Shown here in pieces: positions 39,127 through 53,863 of a DNA stretch of 64,000 nt; the stretch's first letter is position 1, and every line of letters starts with the position of its first letter. This DNA comes from Moniliella sp. 'wahieum' (Eukaryota). The notes below the pieces were generated by a model. That model was not told the origin of the DNA. It did not search any database and saw only the letters and a program-made list of their open reading frames with translations. Made by a program: the position numbers and the translations under genes. The DNA is taken from NCBI GenBank assembly GCA_003971905.1, contig RSEE01000016.1, positions 682,001-746,000 of the forward strand, read 5' to 3'.

Positions 39127-41219
39127 TCACGAAAAGGGTGTGCCAACTGTAACCGCGTCATCTGGGATGGGTTGTGCAAAATGATGAAACCCATCGTCTT
39201 TATCGGGGCCAGAGCAAGGCAAAAGTGTAAAAAAGACGATGGGAGTAGGAGTTCCGAAGACAGGTGGGCAGAACAGAGCCTTCAAGCTTCCTCTTCGTCG
39301 TACAGGCCATCCCCAGTATGCGTCACACCGCACCCGTCCCAGGAGAGCATATTGACTTCTTCAGCCAGTTGGCGGGCCCGCTGGGGATCCAGCTGGACTT
39401 TACGCACGGGCGTGGACGAGGGTGAAGAGTCTGCGCTGTGTTGGAAGGTGCCAAAGGTACCGGGGGATTTGGCTGCAACGAGGGAAGCCTGTTCCTCTCC
39501 TGGGCCCGAGGGCGAGGCGGGAGATAGGAAAAAGGCAGGAAGAAACAGGGTAAGGCCGAGGACGACCTGTGCCGCTTGCACCATCACCGAATAGGCAGAT
39601 GGGGAAGTATCTTCATCCAGGAGCTTGGCTGTCCCCACCTGAATGGTCACCCGGAATGCGTCAAGGGCTACCATGCACTCCAAGGGCGACCGCAGTAGTG
39701 AGTTCCGACGCCCATGCGGAGGCCTGCAGTGTGCCGGGGATGACAGCAAGCACGATCCAGCCCCACGTGGTCGTGCTAGGCTGAAGGCCCTTCCAATGGG
39801 GGATAGGCGGAAGACGTTTGGGTGGGCCGTGTTTGCCCCATAATCCAGTAAGGAGGTGCCAGGTACGTTTGCTCGACCGGTCCCAGAGCAAATAACTGCC
39901 CCCACCCAAAACAAGGCAGGCGATCCAAGCGCCGCAGGCCGTGAGAAGAAGAGGGTGGGATCTGTGTGAACGCAGGCGCACAAGTGGAAACAGGAGAGCT
40001 TGGGCGACAACCCAGCGTACCCCCGTCACCACCGAGGCCAGCACGACCCTTCCTCCCTCGAGGCCGTCTTGATGCATGTCTCGGAAAGACGATCCCAACG
40101 CACCTGTGAGGCCATCAATAACAACTAACCCCCCCGACAGAGCGAGAAGAGCGTAGCCCCCTCCTCTGGAATGCATCAAGCGCCCAGCGGTAAGAACCAC
40201 GAGTCCCGCGGGCAAGCGTCCGAGTCCAATTGTAGCCAGATGAGTGTGCTGAAGCCCCTGCGAAAGGAGTGCTGTCTCCGCCGCATAGAGCCCACCCAAG
40301 GCCAAAACACCCAAGCACCACACGTTGGTCGAGGGGTGGGCGCGAGTATTGGCGGCAGGCTTGCACAGGGGGACGAAAACAATGATAGCCCCCAAGGCGG
40401 AAATCAAGGTCGTAACCGCAGTTTGAAGCGCACTGACGAATACAGGGGGGAATGCGAGTTTGCGGTGGGTGTGCCTGGCAATGGCAATCGAAGATGGGGG
40501 GATGGCAAAGAGATGTCGGTTCCAGAGGTAGAGAATGGGTGGTGCAAAGCCAGAACAAGAATAAGATGACGTGGATGGACCTGTGGGTGAATACTGGTTT
40601 GGAAAGTGCGGACGAGGCGACAGGGTCGGAGCTGCTGGGCGTCATGGACGGGGCAACAAGGGAGGCACCGTCCTTAGTCGTGTCGGGACCCATGAGCTTA
40701 CTTTTCCCCTTGCCCTTGCCCTTGCCCTTGTCCAAATTGGGACGGGATCGGGACGGGTTATATGTGTATGTGTACTTGTACCGGGGCGTGTGCCCCCCCT
40801 TCGACGTCTGAGCAGAGTCTGTGGGACGCGTGGGCGGGATTGGCGATTGGGGCGGTGGCGGAACCATGAGCTTGCGCCACAATTGGGTGGTTGCCTTGTG
40901 GTGGGATGAGTCTACTGTCGGCGGCGGGGCGGAGGTGGGACACCAAGGGGGACGAGGAGGGGCGCGAGTGGTGCAGAGCATCAGACGAGGACACTCGTTG
41001 ATGGGTGTCTCTGGAGGTGCTGGCACCGAGAGAAGCAAAGAGCGCCGATCCGTCCGCCACCCAGGAGTGTGTGCGCCGGGTGGGAGAGGACGTTAACAGC
41101 AGAGGGGGCGGGAAGCTGCCGGACGAAGAGGTATCAGACGACGAGTCGGAGGAGCAGTTGCGGGAGCGGGGCGACACACTCCTGGTGAGAAACGGGGAGG
41201 GGGGAGGCAAGGAGCGCAT
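39127..41219 (-). CDS. Putative membrane transporter-like protein (possibly TPT/EamA-like) with a low-complexity N-terminus; frameshifts
   Basis: S/P-rich N-terminus followed by many hydrophobic segments across overlapping minus ORFs. The family assignment is weak. Confidence 0.4.
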
Positions 41220-41895
41220 GGCAATCGTGGGGAGCGATGATGGTTCGTGAGATCGTGAGATGGGGCCGGGACAGATATGGATGGGGACGCTCAAGAGGGC
41301 GTGCAGCGGCGGGCCGAAGGACGTGCGGGGGCGATGGCCGAACGAAACAGGCGATCCAAGTCGTGCTCCAGAGACGATCGAGTGGGCGCAAGGGCGTAGC
41401 CAAAGACCAGCCACAGAGCTTCCCAGCGCGAACGCGCTGACTGGCGCTGAGCGCTGATTGTGGGTTACATGTTACAAGCCGGGAGATGCCGGTCTCAGCC
41501 GCAGCCGACACGACGCCGCCTCGGCCGGCGGCCCAGAACGCCACCTGCGGGGACCCGCACGACGCCCAGAGAAGCTTGACTTGCAGTTCCAGGTCCGCGC
41601 TGCTGCAAGCTCCCTCGCTTCACTCGCCTTATTGCCCGCCTGGCGCGACCAGCACGTCGACCGGCCGGGGACCACAATAGTTCAATTTCAGCCGAATTGC
41701 TCCAGCGTGGCGCACACATCATGCATCATGCATCATGCACCAGGCAAAAGGCAGTTGCTACGGACACACTGATTCCGACCCATCGTGTGGTTGATTAATC
41801 ATTGACGCTTCCACCATCTCGCATTGTCCAGTTACAGCAGGGTGCCGTCATGCATTACGTTGCCACCAACCGCACTGGGATGCCCGTCTCTCCTC

Positions 41896-43692
41896 TCACA
41901 GTTTCGTCCCACTCTTCCGCGCCAACGCCTGCCCGGCCTTCATGCCGGTCATGATGCACCCTGTCACAAATGTGCCCTCGAGCGCATTGTGTCCCATCAT
42001 CCCGCCCCCGCCAAACCCACACACCTCGCCCGCCGCATACAGGCCTGGCACCGGCGTGGTGTGGTCCCCGCGCAGCACCTGCGAATCCAGGTTGGTCTGC
42101 AGGCCGCCTAGCGTCTTGCGCGTGAGTAATGATAGCCGCACCGCCAGCAGCGGCCCATTGGCTTCGTCGAGCATCTTGTGGGGCGGGCAGAGGCGGGCTT
42201 CTTCGGAGGCACAGGTGCGTGCCTGGATGACCAGCGCGTGCTGTTGGTCTTTGCTAAACCCGTTTTCCGACGCCAAGTCGTGATCGCGGATCTGGGCATA
42301 AAGGTGGTCGTAGTCCACATGCGCTGCCTTCCTGCCCTTTCCCTTTGGTCTTTGGCGGTGAGCTCGTTCATGGCCTGTACCAACTCTTTGAGCGTGGGGC
42401 GGACAATCCAGTCGACACCATGCTGCATAAAGTCGCGCACACCCTTGGATCCCAGCCGTTTGCGTTCCAGCATACCTTCAATCGACTTGTTCGTCAACTC
42501 AGGGTTCTGCTCGCATCCGGACAAGGCCATTTCCTTCTTCATCATCGTCTCATTGTCCATGAGGTGCCAGGAGTAGTCATAACCTGTGGCCAAAATGTGC
42601 TTGAACGTGGTAATCGTATCGCAAGAAGGATACATGGCGGAGGAAACCGCGTGCCCTCGGCATCGAGCCAGAGTGGAAGGGCCCGCAATGACTCGGATCC
42701 CGTGGTTGGGCCAGATGGGATTCCAGTTTTGGACGCCCTGTCGAAACATTGAGGGTTAGCATACCCTCACCTCAATCCAGCACATCACAAGCTGCAATCC
42801 CTCGAATCTACTGAACGTACCTCAGTGTAGAACCAGAGCCGGTCTGGGTTGACCACTGCTCCGCCGGCCTTTTGTCCCAGGACCAAACCGGAACCATCGA
42901 CGTGGTTTGGCACTCCCAAGACAAAGTTCTCAGGGCACTTGCCCAGTATGTGGGTGGGCCACAACTTCCGGATCAGCTCCGGGTTTCCACCAATGCCGCC
43001 AGTAGAGACGATGGTAGCGCGGGCCTTGAAGTCAAACTTGGCCACAGGCACGCGAGATGACTTCACACCCCGTGCAACGTCGGATGGCTCGAGAATGGTC
43101 CCTGTCGCACCAACAACCTTATCGTCGACAAGGGTAAGTTGATCAACCTTGTGCCGGAATCGGAAGGTAACCAGTCCTTTCTCCTGGGCCGCCCGAACCG
43201 GCTTAACAAACAAGTCCAGCAGGGCTGGTCCAGTTCCCCAGGTAATGTGAAAGCGGGGCACAGAGTTTCCATGGCCCGAGGAGGAGAACCCGCCGCGTTC
43301 GGCCCATGAAATGGTAGGGTAAATCTCGATTCCCAACTTGTCGAGGTAGGCTTGCATTCCTGCTCGGTCCGTGACAAAGCGGAGATATTCCTCGGCCCAT
43401 TGGATCGCCCACTTGTCTTGTCTCAGCACGATTGAATTGAGCCGAGTTGAACCAGTCCCGGCGGGCCAGCTCGTAGGAATCCTTAATCCCCCACTTTTGC
43501 TGGTAGGGCGAGTCGACGTAAAACACGCCTCCGTACGACCAATACGCTTGTCCACCCAAACTCGCCTCTGGTTCTTGGTCCAGGATCACCACCTTCTCCC
43601 CGGCTTTCGTGAGCTCCAGGGCGGCTGCCAGACCAGCTAAGCCGCCCCATGATCAACACCGCATCGCCAAAATCCTCGGTAACAGTGTGCAT
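41896..43692 (-). CDS. FAD-binding dehydrogenase (FAD_binding_2, KstD-like, PRK12834/COG3573-type); one intron near 42740-42820; frameshifts
   Basis: N-terminal dinucleotide-binding region, then LDQEPEASLGGQAYWSYGG, GHGNSVPRFHITWGTGP, TGGIGGN, VRLSLLTRKTLGGLQT, GLYAAGEVCGFGGGG..LEGTFVTGC. Confidence 0.85.
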
Positions 43693-44480
43693 GGCCGTGA
43701 TGAAGCTTAGGATGAACGAGCAAGTAAAGAGGGGGGTGGGGCAGAGCGGGGAGTAAGACGGTGTGCGGTACACTATATATAAGAGCGCCGGCCGACATGG
43801 CAGAGTGCCGGCGGTTTGTGCTTCTGTCTGTCTGTTCACAGTGTGGTCCACCGGCTATACTCTTCATATCCGGTGGCCGGCTGCGGGGCTGAGGCTGGGA
43901 CACAACACGGCTCCAAGAAATACGAAAGGGCGGGTCAGCGTTGAGCGTACCGAGGGCGGATGATTGTTTTCCCGTCGCGTGTGCTGCTTAGTGGCGACCA
44001 GCACAAGCGGTAGATAGCGCGAGAGAGGAAAGCCGTGTGCTTTCGGTCAACGCCCAGGCAGATTTACCCCGCAGTACCCCATGCACAGTGCTTGACCAAT
44101 CGCATGTGGCCGGTGACTCACCGGTGACTCGCTGCTCATGGGCGCTTAACGCCGCCCCCAGCGGGGTTAACTCCGCTGCGCCCCGCCCCAGCAGCCTGTG
44201 GTTCCTTTCAGGCTTCCAGCTTCATCAGCATGCGCATTCGCAGCAGGGCCATCGACGGGTTAAGGGAAAAAACAAGCGATATTCAATCAATCCTCATACC
44301 ATGTGCTGCCGGGTGGTCTCTACGTGTGTGCGCGGTCGCGCTAAGCAACAACAAAAGAGGACGAAAGCGAAACGGGAAAACAAAAGCGACAGCCGAGAAG
44401 CGCAGAGGACGCGGGCGGCCTCTATCGGGCCTCAGGCGAATAAAGAAGGAAGAAGGAAGACGCCTGGAGGCTCACGTGAA

Positions 44481-47400
44481 TCACACATCCAGCTGGAGGG
44501 CCACGCCCTCCTCGTCTACTGCAGCAGCCCGGAGCGCACGCCGCTTCTTTTTGGGCGAGTCCAACGTCGGCTTCAACAAGTGCAAGCTCGCGTCCGACAA
44601 GTCCACCTCGATGTGGGTGCTGGTCGGACGGCGGTTCACCTCGGCAGCTGCGTCCGACAAGATGCCCGCCGGCACCCGACTAGCGCTGGGTTTGCGTTCG
44701 CGCTTGGTGGAGCCAGTGCGGTTCAGCACCGAGCGCTTGGACTTGAGCGAAGGCGCGAAAGATGCGGCGGCCTGAATCGCCGACTTGGAGGGGTGGGTGG
44801 ATTGGAGAAGACCTTTGCCAGTGGCTTGGACGGCTTGGACGGGGCACGTGTGATTTTCTTGCGTGGTGCTTCAGCAGACCCGGATCCCGACCTGGATCCC
44901 GCGTTGGATCCCGCATGAGACACGTTCCACTTGCTGCCAGACAGAACGCGTTCCCTGTGCCGTTGCCGCGTTGCGAGTGTATTGGCGGTGGTGCTGGTCC
45001 GGGCACTGCGACGTTTCAGTGGCGAAGGAGGAGTGACATTCTCAGCCGACTGCTCGTTGAGGGGGTTGAACGTGTCATCATCCTCATCCTCGTCCTCATC
45101 CTCGTCCTCGTCGTCCTCATCCTCCTCGGCATCCTCCTTACCACCCTCTTCTTCTCCTCATCATCTTCCTGTTTCCCCCCCTTCGCCTCAGACACCGTAG
45201 TGGAGTCCACGGAAGGAAGGCGGGGGGTTCGCATATCCAGCATCTGGGCGTGCTCCGTTCCCTGTGTTTCCTTTTCAATATCTTCCTCCTCCCTTGAAGC
45301 GTCAACCTCGATCGTGGTTGCATCGGCCGGATTGGAAAGTAGGTTGGACTCGTGCTCCTGCTCTTGATCAGATACGGACGCCTGCGCAGGCGCCTGTACC
45401 GGCTCCAGTGCTGGTTTCTGTATCGACTCGATCCCCTGTTCCGTCTCTTGCGTAGGTTCTTGCCTCGGCTCCTGCTCCGGCTCTTGTTTTTGCCCCGGCT
45501 CTTGGTCCTGCTCCGTCTCCTGCTCCTGCTCCGACTTGCCGGTGGCGGATGCCAAACTGCAACGGGAAGTAACGCCTTGGGGGGCCCGGTTAGGAGAGAC
45601 GCCGAACGATGCGCGGGGAGCAAAAGCGTTTGGGGTAACCCCGATAGAACGGAAAGGGTCCCCAGGTGTATGGACCTCCGGGATCATGCTTGGCATCATC
45701 CTCCGGACTGGGGTTGACGGTGTTTGGTCCAAAGTGAGACTGGCAACGACGTCCAACGCGTGAGACGGAAGGTCTGACTCGCCGAGCGACGGGGCGCGGG
45801 TGGACGGATGGTTGTGAGTCCTGTCCATGGATTGGAAAGTGGCACTAGCCTCCCTGACCGATTGGTCGTACGAATCTGGGTCGCGGCACAGATCGTTGAG
45901 CAAATCAAGCTTCTTGTTCATCACTTGTTCGCTCAGGCGCAGCTCCTCCTCCAGCCGCTGTTCGTACATGACGCTCATAGCCCGGAGTGCGCGCTCCATC
46001 TCGTCGGCCATTTCAGAACGTACTTCAGCCTCCACCTTGATCACCCTTTGCTCAGCCAAGTAGAGGCGCTGTTGCAACTCCTCGCACTTGGCAATCAACA
46101 AGTCCACCAAGGGGTCCTGTTCATCTTCCTCCCCCTCCTCAATGATGGTGATGTCCATTTGACTGGGGTCCGGGGGTGGCGCTTGGGTGGTCCGTGGGGT
46201 GGCCGACGGACGAACTTGACTCGATACTGTGGAACGGGACGTGCTCAACGCACTCTTCTTCCTCCCGGCCACTCGCAACAGGGGTCAGACTGATCTTTGT
46301 TGGGCTCCGGGGCATGGCGCTCTGGCGTTGTTTGACAACGTTGCCAATGGTGGCGCTAAATTTCATGACCTGCGCATTCTCGTAAAAGCCGCCATCAAAT
46401 GGGTTGGCCGTGATGATCATGACGGTCGTGCCCTCTGCAACAAAGTAGCTCTTGAGCAACGAGGTGAGTTTGGAGGAGTTGTAGGGCACCATCTCTGGCC
46501 TCGCGTTCTCCGCCCCACCCGAAGCCAAGGCAGCCTGAACACGAGCTTGGTTGGAACGAATCTTCTCAATGCAGTGCCCCAAGTTCATCAAGCTCTTGTT
46601 GATGTTGCCAGCCTCTTTCATGCGGACACTGTCGGTGAGCTGGGTGTGCGACATGCGCTCGCTTCCGGCCAGGTCAACAATGCTCATGCGGGAGGTGGTG
46701 TACATGGCCTCCGCGCCAGTCTCACCCGCATGATGGCGAATGATACGAACGGTGAATACGCCATGACTTCGACTGGACACCCGGTTGGCCAACGTGCCAA
46801 ACACAGCCCGGTTCTGTTCTCCGCGACGAATCAGCGCCTGAGCTTCGGCAGCGGACCGCACCTCGTGCTCCGACAGGCCGGCAGCATACTTGCACTGCCC
46901 CTCGGGGTCGCCCGCCGTGTCGGCATCGTTCTGGAGGGGCAGGGCGTGGCGGGTAAGCACCTGTCCCACATCAGTGCCCACTCCGCTTCCCATTCCCCTA
47001 CCCCCAAGGGACCAGTTTTGTTGCCACTTGATGTTGTGCTGGAGGGATCGGCTCCGACATCGAGAAGATCATAAATCTTTTCGTTGTAGACCTCCAGGTA
47101 ACTTACCCAGACGCTGAAGCGGTAGTTCTTGTCGACTTGAAGGGTGGTTGGGTCATGCTCGTACTCGAGCAGGCAGCTGCCCGTGCCAAAGGGGGAACGT
47201 TCTTTGCCATTCTCCAGCCTCTGACGCACGGGGGCGAGACTCAACGGATCAAACTGATTCAGTCCGTCTTGCTTTGGGTGCACCAGCTCCTCAACACCAT
47301 TGAGTCCCTTGGGCCGGATACGACGGGTGCTCAACAGCCCCTCGAGCGAGTTGAACAGAGTATCCAATGTACGTGGCAGCACCCCCGCCTCATGTTTCCG

Positions 47401-47970
47401 ACTCCCGCCGTGAACAGTGTAGGATTTGCCGCTGCAGGTGGTGCCGTAGGTGCAGTACAACCCGCTTTGGCTTTCATTCAAAAGCGCCTCGACCATTGGC
47501 AGGCAGGTTTCTTGGAAAAACTGCGACTGAGATTGGGACGCCGCATCGGCCTCAGCAGGCTGGAACACCTTGGCAAATGAGTACTGCTGTGGAGGACGAG
47601 GCAGCTGAACAGGAAGGAAGCAGAGTCAGGATTCGCTGTGTGCCAACCACGAGCAACCGGAAGGCGGGGGGGGGGGTATATTACACACATCAGGCGGGGG
47701 TTTCATGACAATGTCCGTGTCGCTGTGGACGGTAATGTAAGGCTCGGACGCGGATTTGGACGGATGAGCAGGGCGAAGGCGGAGGTAGGTCTGTCTCAAC
47801 GGTCAGCATTCCATGCGACGGCCATGGTGAGGCGAGGGAGCGTACCTTGATGGGCTCGGCATTGGGAGAGGCACCGGTCGGGAAGGGACGACGACGATCT
47901 TGGAACGCAGCATCTTGGAGGCGGGGCGTGTCGCTGTGGACCGCCGCGATGGACTTCGGGAAGGCAGCAT
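44481..47970 (-). CDS. Kinesin motor protein, probably kinesin-6 (MKLP/Klp9-like); introns near the 5' end; frameshifts
   Basis: TYLRLRP, P-loop YGTTCSGKSYT, VSYLEVYNEKIYDLL, NRVSSRSH, VDLAGSER, EAGNINKSL, VPYNSSKLT. A long insert follows the P-loop helix, then a coiled coil (EAEVRSEMADEME) and an acidic tail. Confidence 0.88.
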
Positions 47971-48432
47971 GGTGGGGGGGAGAACAGACCAGGAGGGCGA
48001 TGGCGGCGAAGATGGTGATCAGGATGCTGGATGGGATGGGGAGTGGCGAGGGGAGGGATGGGACACCGCCCGCAGCGTATCTGCGCTACTGTTGGGCCCC
48101 CCAGCCCATGCCCGCCTCATCACAATCCACCCACCCACCGGACCAGTCGACTTCGACGGCCCGAGGGTAGAGAGCCAGCCAACATGCTGAAACGTACATC
48201 ATTCCATTGTTTCAATGCCACTGGTCACCCTTCATCCCCCCACCGATGAGCGCGTAGGTTGAAGCTTCCAGCCCTAGGCTGCCTGGATCCCCAAGGTGTG
48301 TACACCACTTCTGTCTTTCTTGCTTCCCCAAACTACCACCGGCGCGCCGCTATCAATCAGCCTGTTTATGCGCGGGGAAAGCAACGATTGGTGCAGCTGC
48401 ATTCCTTCCACATCAAGTCCATGGAGTGAAAA

Positions 48433-49667
48433 TCAATCCAACTTTTGGGGTTTCCCATCGAGGCCAATGACCATATTGCGCTCGTTGCCGTTCCAGTACA
48501 TGAGGAGTTGGACAAAGATGATGGCGTTAAAGACAGTGGCCAAAGCGAATCCCCAAAAGAGGAGCGAATCATTGGTCTCTGTCAAAGTGGTGAATACCCT
48601 GGCCATCGTTCCCGCCAACTGGGCAAAGACGACGATGGCGCTCAGCTGGCCAGGTGCCTTGCGCGTGTGCAGCTCCACCATCTGGGGTACCTTGCTGATG
48701 AGAGAGATGGGGATCGTGAGTGCTTGGAGAAAGGAGAGTAGACCGGAAGCGCACAGGGCAGGGGTGAATAAGAATATGGAAAGCGCGACCATGAGCGCAG
48801 CAGTGATCATGACCCGTCTCTGACGCGCTGCTCAGTTGACCCAGCCGGGATGGGCGCGTAGGCAATGATCAGGAGGGTGATTACCATATCTGCAACGACA
48901 CATGTCAGAAAGAAGAACGGGGGGGCGGGGGACATGGGAGGGACATACTCTGGACCGTTAAGCTGGCATTCTCTCCATATGTGCTGAATGGGATTTGCTT
49001 GCGCACAGCGTATGCCAAACTAATGGTGTACGCCAACACCTCGAGGGCGTACATGCTGAGGCTGATCCCCCGTGCGGAGCCCCCTTGATAATCTTGAGGA
49101 TCTGGGGAATTTTCATGATCGAGCCAAATACGACGATACCCAGCCCGAGACCTTTAGAGATGGACAGCCGGATACAGTGGGTTGAAGTGAGATCAGCGTC
49201 GTAGATTAAGGTCGTGTAACACTCCTGGAGTACGTTCGAGTCAGGAGAACTGCGTAATAGGAGAACGCCAACAGCCAGAACAGACGTACTTCACCAATGA
49301 TGGCCTCTGCTGGGGAACGGAGAAAGAAAGGAATATGATGCGTAAGGCCTTGGAGGGCGGACTGCCACCCTGGTAGCACTACTTTCGGCGCCACCTTGGC
49401 CGCATTGGTGGCAATGGGTGTTGGTTTCAGGGCCGACGCAGCTGACACAGCGGAAGTGGCTGATACGTGTGCAGTGTAAAACGAAGGCGTGGCAGTCGAG
49501 ACGAGAGTGACGGGAGCAGTCGCATTGACAGCAGATGTCCCAGCCTGTATCGTGGCGGTACTCGAGGCCACATGGGAAATGGCCGCCGCTGGAATCTTGG
49601 CCAGGCGCCCGAGATTGTCCAATGACGTGGAGGAGGATGAGGGAGCTCTGGAAGAGACAGGCGCCAT
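48433..49667 (-). CDS. Mannose-P-dolichol utilization defect 1 (MPDU1/Lec35)-like PQ-loop protein; 2 introns
   Basis: ISKGLGLGIVVFGSIMKIPQILKI, PFSTYGEN, SKVPQ..GQLSAIVVFAQLAGTMARVFTTLTETND. Confidence 0.87.
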
Positions 49668-50209
49668 GACTGCACGGACGCCGGGTCGAGAGGCAAGATG
49701 GCCGTTTGTTCGTTGCCGGTGGTCGTGGGTTGTGGGTTGGCGACTACTTGTGCAAATGCAGCCTTGCCCACCGGGGCGAATGCGGTACACCAAATCGAAG
49801 GTGGCACGCGGTGACCGGTGTGACCAGGTGATCTGCAGTGATACGATCGGTGACGCGGGTGACGCTTGCAGCAGGTCATGTGACCCTCTGAGCCGCTCAG
49901 CGCACGCTCAGCAGAACGCTACAGAGTGCATGTTGTGTACGCAATGCAATGTTGAAACATCTACTTGTGCTGTTAGCATTGCTGATCCACATAACGGGAC
50001 AGGAAATGACAACACAGTAAAAGGGGTCCCGCCCAACGACCGTCTGAGAGAGGAGGGGAGTGATGAACAGGTCTCGGCTGCGCTGTTGGAGTTTTGAAGG
50101 CCACACAGCTACCAAACTGGGAATGGCAGCTTTGCCACACTATACTCACGAATGCCCCCATCCTGGGCTTATACTTCAACGTCCACGCACATACATTGAA
50201 TCGGGATTT

Positions 50210-51937
50210 CTAGAGATCATCAAAGAACGACGACTGGCTTCTTTGTCTTGTTGACTGGCCGCCTTCGTCGATGCCGCTCCTACCTGCTTGGCAAATTTGG
50301 GAGCCTTGACCTTCTCCTTTCGCTTCTTGCGGGGGGGTGCATCCGAGTCGCTGTCGGATCCCCAGTCATCCGTTTTATTTTGCTGGTCCTTGGGCGTTGG
50401 TGCAGTTGGTGCAGCTGTTTCCCGATCCGAGTTGGCGTCCGACGTTTCACCATCCGAATCGTCGTCCTCGTCAGAGCTGCTGCTCTCCTCCCCTCGTTCC
50501 TGAAGTTGGTTAAGAACGGCACTGTCGAGCGAACCAGTATCACTGTCACTCTCCGACTCGCTTTCCGTTCCCTCCTCGCCACCACGCGCATTGACCACCT
50601 CATCACCTGGTCCGTCCTCTTCCTCCTCATCCGAATCGTCCGACCCCGCCTCAAATAGCTCGCGTAGGTTGGTGAGACGCACAAACGCCTCGTGACCCAC
50701 GGAGGCCATCCAGTCCTGTGCATGGGTCACGCGCTCAACGGGGAAGCCACCGTGATCGGCGGCAACGCCGATGAGCTTGTGTGGGCTAAAGGTGAGGGAC
50801 GAGAAAAAAAAGGAGGGAGACATTAGCGCATCGAGCCACAACAATACAACGGAGAAGAAACAACGTACTAGAGATCGACGATGCGCACCATGCCATCACT
50901 GCTGCCGGTCAGAAGCGTATCGCCAGAACCATAAGAAGCATCGAGGACGTCAATCGTGTCGACGCTGGCCGGATGGCCAGCCAGACGGTCCACGTGGTCG
51001 GTCATGCCCTTTTCCGGAGACCAGATCGAGATGGGTCCCAGCCCTGTGCCCACCACAAGTTTCTTTCCATTCCGAATCGCACGCACCGACAACAACTCGT
51101 CCTCCTGGTCCGCACTCACCTCCACCCCAGACCGCCACAGGACAGCTTCCTTCTCCGCGCCGGGCTTGATCAATCCTTGCGGCTTGGTTTGCGTACTGGA
51201 CTTGCCAAACCGCAAATCCATCACACTCAACAACCCGTCCCCGGCTACCGCCACCAGACGGTCCCGTGTGCCCTGGGTGGAACTGTTGATGACCTGTTTC
51301 TTGCCCCCCTGTCCATCTCGTTTGATGCGTGAAGGGAGGGTTAGGTTGGGCACCCATGTCAGATCTGTAATCCAATCCGAGTGTTGGTAAACACTTGCGA
51401 GGGACCGGCGCCATCGGCTTGCCGAGCGTCCCAGAGCTTCACCACGCCATCATCGTCACCTGTGACAAAGTGGTGGGCATGCCCAGGAATAGGCAAAATG
51501 CGTGACGGTGCCGTGCTGAAAGGATCGAGGGGAGGGTCAGAAACGGGCTTCCGAGCGAGATGAACGAGAGAAACCTACTCGTGGGCAGCGAGCCATTGGC
51601 GACTGACTTTCCCCGTTGCAACATCGATCGCAGCGAGGGTGCGGTCCTTGGAGATGGTGCGAAGTGTGAGGCCATCGTCGGTAAATCGAGCACCTCGACA
51701 ACTCTTGTTGCCAGGCTTGCTGCTCCAGGAACGGGTGAAAAGGACGCCCTCGTACTTGGACAAGTCCTCCTCCTCCTCGTCTTCGTCTGCGCGCGCGCCG
51801 CCGACCAACAGCGAGTAGTCCACCAGCGCAACACGGCCATTGACCAGCGACCCGGCGAGGAGTGACTTACCCTCGCTCGTCACGTACTGGTCCACATCCA
51901 GCACGTCGCTGCTAAACGGTACGTCGAAGCTCGTCAT
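50210..51937 (-). CDS. JIP5: WD40 protein Jip5/WDR55-like; frameshifts; probable intron
   Basis: KSCRGARF, TGDDDGVVKLWD, DQEDELLS, DHVDRLAGHPASVD, LTGSSDG, ASVGH, then an acidic tail ending SFFDDL*. Confidence 0.85.
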
Positions 51938-52614
51938 GGTCCCGCGAACCGGATCGACGGAAGCATCTATCCAGCCTGGCGATTGGGCTGGGTCTGGAGG
52001 CGGTTGCTTGGACCAAAAAATACCCAGTGGGGCAGCGGCGGAAAATGAATTGCACCGACCTATTTAATTCCCTCGCGTTCCGCCCTTGACGTCACTGCTG
52101 CGTTCATGCAGCCAGTCAGTACGCCGGTCAGTCCAGGCGTCGCTCAGCGCAGTCCTGTGCCCCCCCCCCCACGCCTGCTCGCGCCGCGCTTTATCGAGCT
52201 CGGGCATGTGACGGTGGCGATGGATGCCTTGGGGCGTTGTCACCGAAGAAGGAAGAGACACTATACACGTCGTCGATGCTTCCGATAGACAGATAGACCC
52301 GGATGGCACACTCGTTTGACCTTGGCCAGTCGAGTGCGTAGCGCTCCCGCCTGCCCACCGCCTTCACCAAAGCGTCCCATACAGGCCCAGAGGGGTCGAC
52401 GCGGGGCCAACAAGAGGGAGGTCCTCGCTTTTAGTTACAATCGCTAGACGCATCACAAGCAAAGACTACAAGTGCGCAACCAAGCAGGGGGTTTAGTACA
52501 GAAATAAGGTGCCAGTAAGAAGGTGTGTGTTAACCTGACATAGGCATGGAGGGAGAGTTTGTGGCCCAAGATCAGTGGCTCAACGGCCCGAGTGGGCGAG
52601 GCATAGGAAGGCAA

Positions 52615-53863
<1,249 letters not shown>

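Noticed and set aside
41896..43692. Recent bacterial horizontal transfer of the FAD-binding dehydrogenase
   Set aside because: The gene has a spliceosomal intron and the family is known in fungi; there is no evidence without a phylogeny.
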